A model generated the notes under the pieces. That model was not told where the DNA came from, did no database searches, and worked only from the letters and a program-made list of their open reading frames with translations. A stretch of DNA of 63,667 nucleotides, counting the filler, from Octopus bimaculoides (taxonomy: Eukaryota), in assembly GCF_001194135.2 (NCBI RefSeq). It is 4 parts of 4 records of this genome, joined end to end, with 100 filler letters (N's around TTAATTAATTAA, not from the genome) between each part and the next. Parts side by side here need not be neighbours in the genome. Positions count along the whole stretch, not along the records: positions 59,091 to 63,667 come from NC_069003.1; 3 more parts are not named here. One strand, 5' to 3'. The translations under genes and the position numbers were made by a program. Shown here in pieces: positions 60,567 to 63,667 of the stretch; position 1 is the first letter of the stretch; every line of letters starts with the position of its first letter.

Positions 60567-61658
60567 ATATTTTGTAATATGTAACCCAACAGTTTGTCTG
60601 TCGTTCTGTTCGTTCTTATATGCAGTTAAACATGTCTTCGTATGACCATTGATATAAATAAACTTCCATGGATTATGAGTATGCTAAGATCTCTTTTTAG
60701 GTGAAAGTAGAACGCTGAAGTTTGGAATAAATGACGTTAAGTGCTATAAGGCACCTCACCCAATTGCTGTGATATGAAACTAGGGGAACGCTCTCCCCGT
60801 ACCACTCTATTCGATCCCATTACCATCATTTCGTGAGGGGGCTGTACAGGATATTCTAATTCATATTAGAATTCATATGACGTGCTTCCAGACAGTTTCT
60901 ATCTAACGATTTTAAGCAATAAAGTTCAGGTCGACACAGGCTGCTTATTCCTACATTTTCATCATTGCATACGTGTGTTTATTAGCGCGGCTTTTTAACC
61001 GGAAGTGTGTTTTATTATTTACTCTTCTATATGTTTACGTCATTGAATTGCGGCCATTTTGGAAAGACCGTCTTCAAGAGACTTCTGTCAATTACAGTGT
61101 ATGCATGTGCATGTTAGCGTTTTCGCAACAGCATGTATATATTTAATGTACTCGTGTGTCTGTGTGTGCCTTTGTATGCGTGTGTGATTGCGTGCATGGC
61201 TGCAGTAGAGGATAAACGTTCAAGCGGAAAACAAAAATATCAAAAGAACAGAAAATTGCTCCTAGATTTGGGAATTACTATTTTCAGTAATGCATCTTCC
61301 CTAAAAAAAATACATGAAGTCTGTGTAACTCACGTATTGTACATTATCTACTTGAATCTTGGGAACTTTAATCTTCCTGAGAACCAACATACAACCTATT
61401 GCTTCTGAAGCGAATAAAATACATCTCACAACCTATGACCACTGATGCCTCGTAAACAAAATCTACGAATATGAAAAATCATCGTTTGCAACAACGTAAT
61501 CTAAGTTAACAAATAAAACATCTGTTATGGAGTCTAGTACGTCCTGGAGTTATCCGCCTTAACGAGCCATAGTTTGCGGTGTATTTATGTTTTTTGCCGT
61601 TGATTATTTGATTTTAATGTTTCTCTATCACTGTTAAGTTTTCAGTATATCTTTACAG

Positions 61659-61886
61659 GGCGGCGGCGAGCTGGCAGAATCGTTAGCACGCCGGGCGAAA
61701 TGCCCACCGGTATTTCGTCTGCTGTTACGTTCGTCTGAGTTCAAATTCCGCCGAGGTCAACATTGCCTTTCATCCTTTCGGAAGTAACAGTTACGCACTG
61801 GGGTCGATCTAATCGACTTAATCCTTTTGTCTCTTTTTGTTTGTCCCCTCTATGTTTAGTCCTCCCGGGGGCAATAAAGAAATAAA
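61659..61886 (+). mobile_element. Full-length SINE A1 with 12-bp TSD
   Basis: tatatctttaca at 61646-61657 and 61887-61898. Confidence 0.92.
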
Positions 61887-63632
61887 TATATCTTTACATA
61901 TTGGTGGAGCCTTCTGGAAGATGCTCACAATTGTTTCCATGCTGATTACTACATGTTAACGATGCTTTGTTAATTATGAATTATGAGAGATTTCAGAGAA
62001 CATGTAGCTGATGTTTTAAATACATTCCATGTGAACCACTAACATGTTTCTCGTTTATTTTTACGATAAATTTATATATCCTAATATCCAAAATTCTTTA
62101 ATTACTTATGCCTTGTTGTATGTTTGCATCAGGCGAAATCTTTCATCTCTGGCATTGCTATTTTGTTCTTTTTTTATTTAAAAATTGATCTTTTAGCTGT
62201 TTCAGTCCCTGAACATTAGTCATGCTGGGTTTATTGTCCTCAGGGATTTTTCTTAACAAACCACCCCCAATTCGTTTGTTGTTTTTAAAGATTCGTACTT
62301 ATTCTATCGGTATCCCTTTCTAAAACAACACCAATTGCCAAGGGATGGAATTGAACACACAAAAAACACAAAGACACACACATACATATACGCATATGAA
62401 CACAAACACACACATATATATACGCTGATCTCGTATCAATGAAAGCAACATGTTTTAAAACGCTGAGCGAAAGAAATACAGAAATAGTACCGGATAGTAA
62501 TGTTTATATGTCAACATAACGCGGCAGACCTGTAAAGTATGGTGTTACTGTTGTTTTAGACCCCTTAGGTATTTCCTGGGGCTAATACCGCATTCATGGA
62601 TACAATTTCTTTATTTGCGAATTAAAGCTACCGTTGGTTTCATGCTATGCTAGTGTCTTAACAATTTTTCAAGAGACTAGGAGAATGACGTTCGTCTCTA
62701 TTTCGGAAAACACAGTCTCGTTTAGTTCGCGGAGACATTGGAAAAAGAAAGGAGCATATGTGATAGGAAATCGATTCCTTCAATAAAGCCGTTCAAGCCA
62801 GTCTAGTAGTTTCAGCATGGCCGCAACTCAATGACTAAAATTTTAAAAAAAAGTAATCCTTTCTACTACAGGAAGAAAGGCCTGAAATTTATCGGGAGTG
62901 GGTAACTCGATTCTGACAGCTCGCCGCCTTGAAACAAATAAGTAATACAAATAAATAATAATTGTAAAGATAAAAAAGAAAAAAAACCCTGCCGAAAACG
63001 CGACAAATTTTTATCAGCTGAGAACAAATGAAAACCACAAGTATTTTAAAGTATTTTTTTATATTAGTGTAGCGCAGTTGCTTAAATCTATCCTTGTAAT
63101 AAATGAGAAACACGATAACGGTTCCCGTGGAACATTCTGAAACACCAGGTGCTTGTTCTTCTCCCTAAGTACATGATAGCTAAGTAACCATTGTTAACAA
63201 GTGAAGATGAACACAGAAACAATCCCCCACCCCCGGCATGTTGCAGCTGACTCTACAAGGTGTAAAGAAATGTTGAAAACTTAGAACTGAAAGAAAAAAA
63301 AAACAGAAAAAAGAAAAGAAAAGAAACACTGAAAATCGCAATGAAAGAAATTTGTTTATATAAGGTTGAACGAAGGTCGACTTGACATCGACTGACGATG
63401 GTTGTTCGTAGGAATAAGAATACTGACAGATTTTAGAGTTGTGTATGTGCGTGTGCATATATGTACGTACGCACGTAGTAAGTATGTATGCATGCGTGTA
63501 TGTATGTATGTATGTATGTATATACGTATGAATGTATGGATGGATGGATGGCTATGTATAATGCATATTCAGCACATCCGGGTCTGCATGGTTGGTAATA
63601 AGGCAAATAGAATAAAAATGGAGGATGCAACG

Positions 63633-63667
<35 letters not shown>

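Noticed and set aside
3677-61886. CRISPR-like or regulatory array formed by the recurring gtcgactttgcctttcatcc motif
   Set aside because: Copies are dispersed, on both strands and part of roughly 220-bp SINEs with TSDs; there is no repeat-spacer periodicity and no cas genes.

Overview
AT-rich, microsatellite-dense animal genomic DNA from a fragmented draft assembly with many N gaps. The SINE families look like octopus repeats as I remember them; this is an inference, not a database result. No rRNA, functional tRNA, CRISPR or prokaryotic genes are supported, and most ORF-track entries are artefacts of microsatellites, N gaps or antisense shadows. There is one credible host coding region: an intact 307-aa ATG ORF at 45430-46353 (-), rich in E/K/Q/L and built from in-register 11-residue amphipathic repeats. 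The rest is mostly mobile-element debris: (1) at least five tRNA-headed SINE families, labelled A-E and G here, several with clean target-site duplications (TSDs); (2) LINE fragments of R4/Dong-like, RTE, Tx1/L1-like and CR1/L2-like types plus a Penelope GIY-YIG remnant; (3) DNA elements, namely two piggyBac-type MITEs, Tc1/mariner pieces, a Helentron-like element and a foldback element with an 8-bp TSD and inverted telomere-like repeats at its centre. The most notable hidden signal is four unrelated minimal type I hammerhead-ribozyme-like motifs. Two carry compensatory 3-8 core variants (G3-C8 and U3-A8), and one sits in the tail of a tRNA-headed element with an inverted terminal duplication, suggesting a SINE mobilised by Penelope-like machinery. 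Coordinates were counted by hand (exact motifs within a few bp, diverged element edges within about 20 bp), and family assignments come from motif recognition only.
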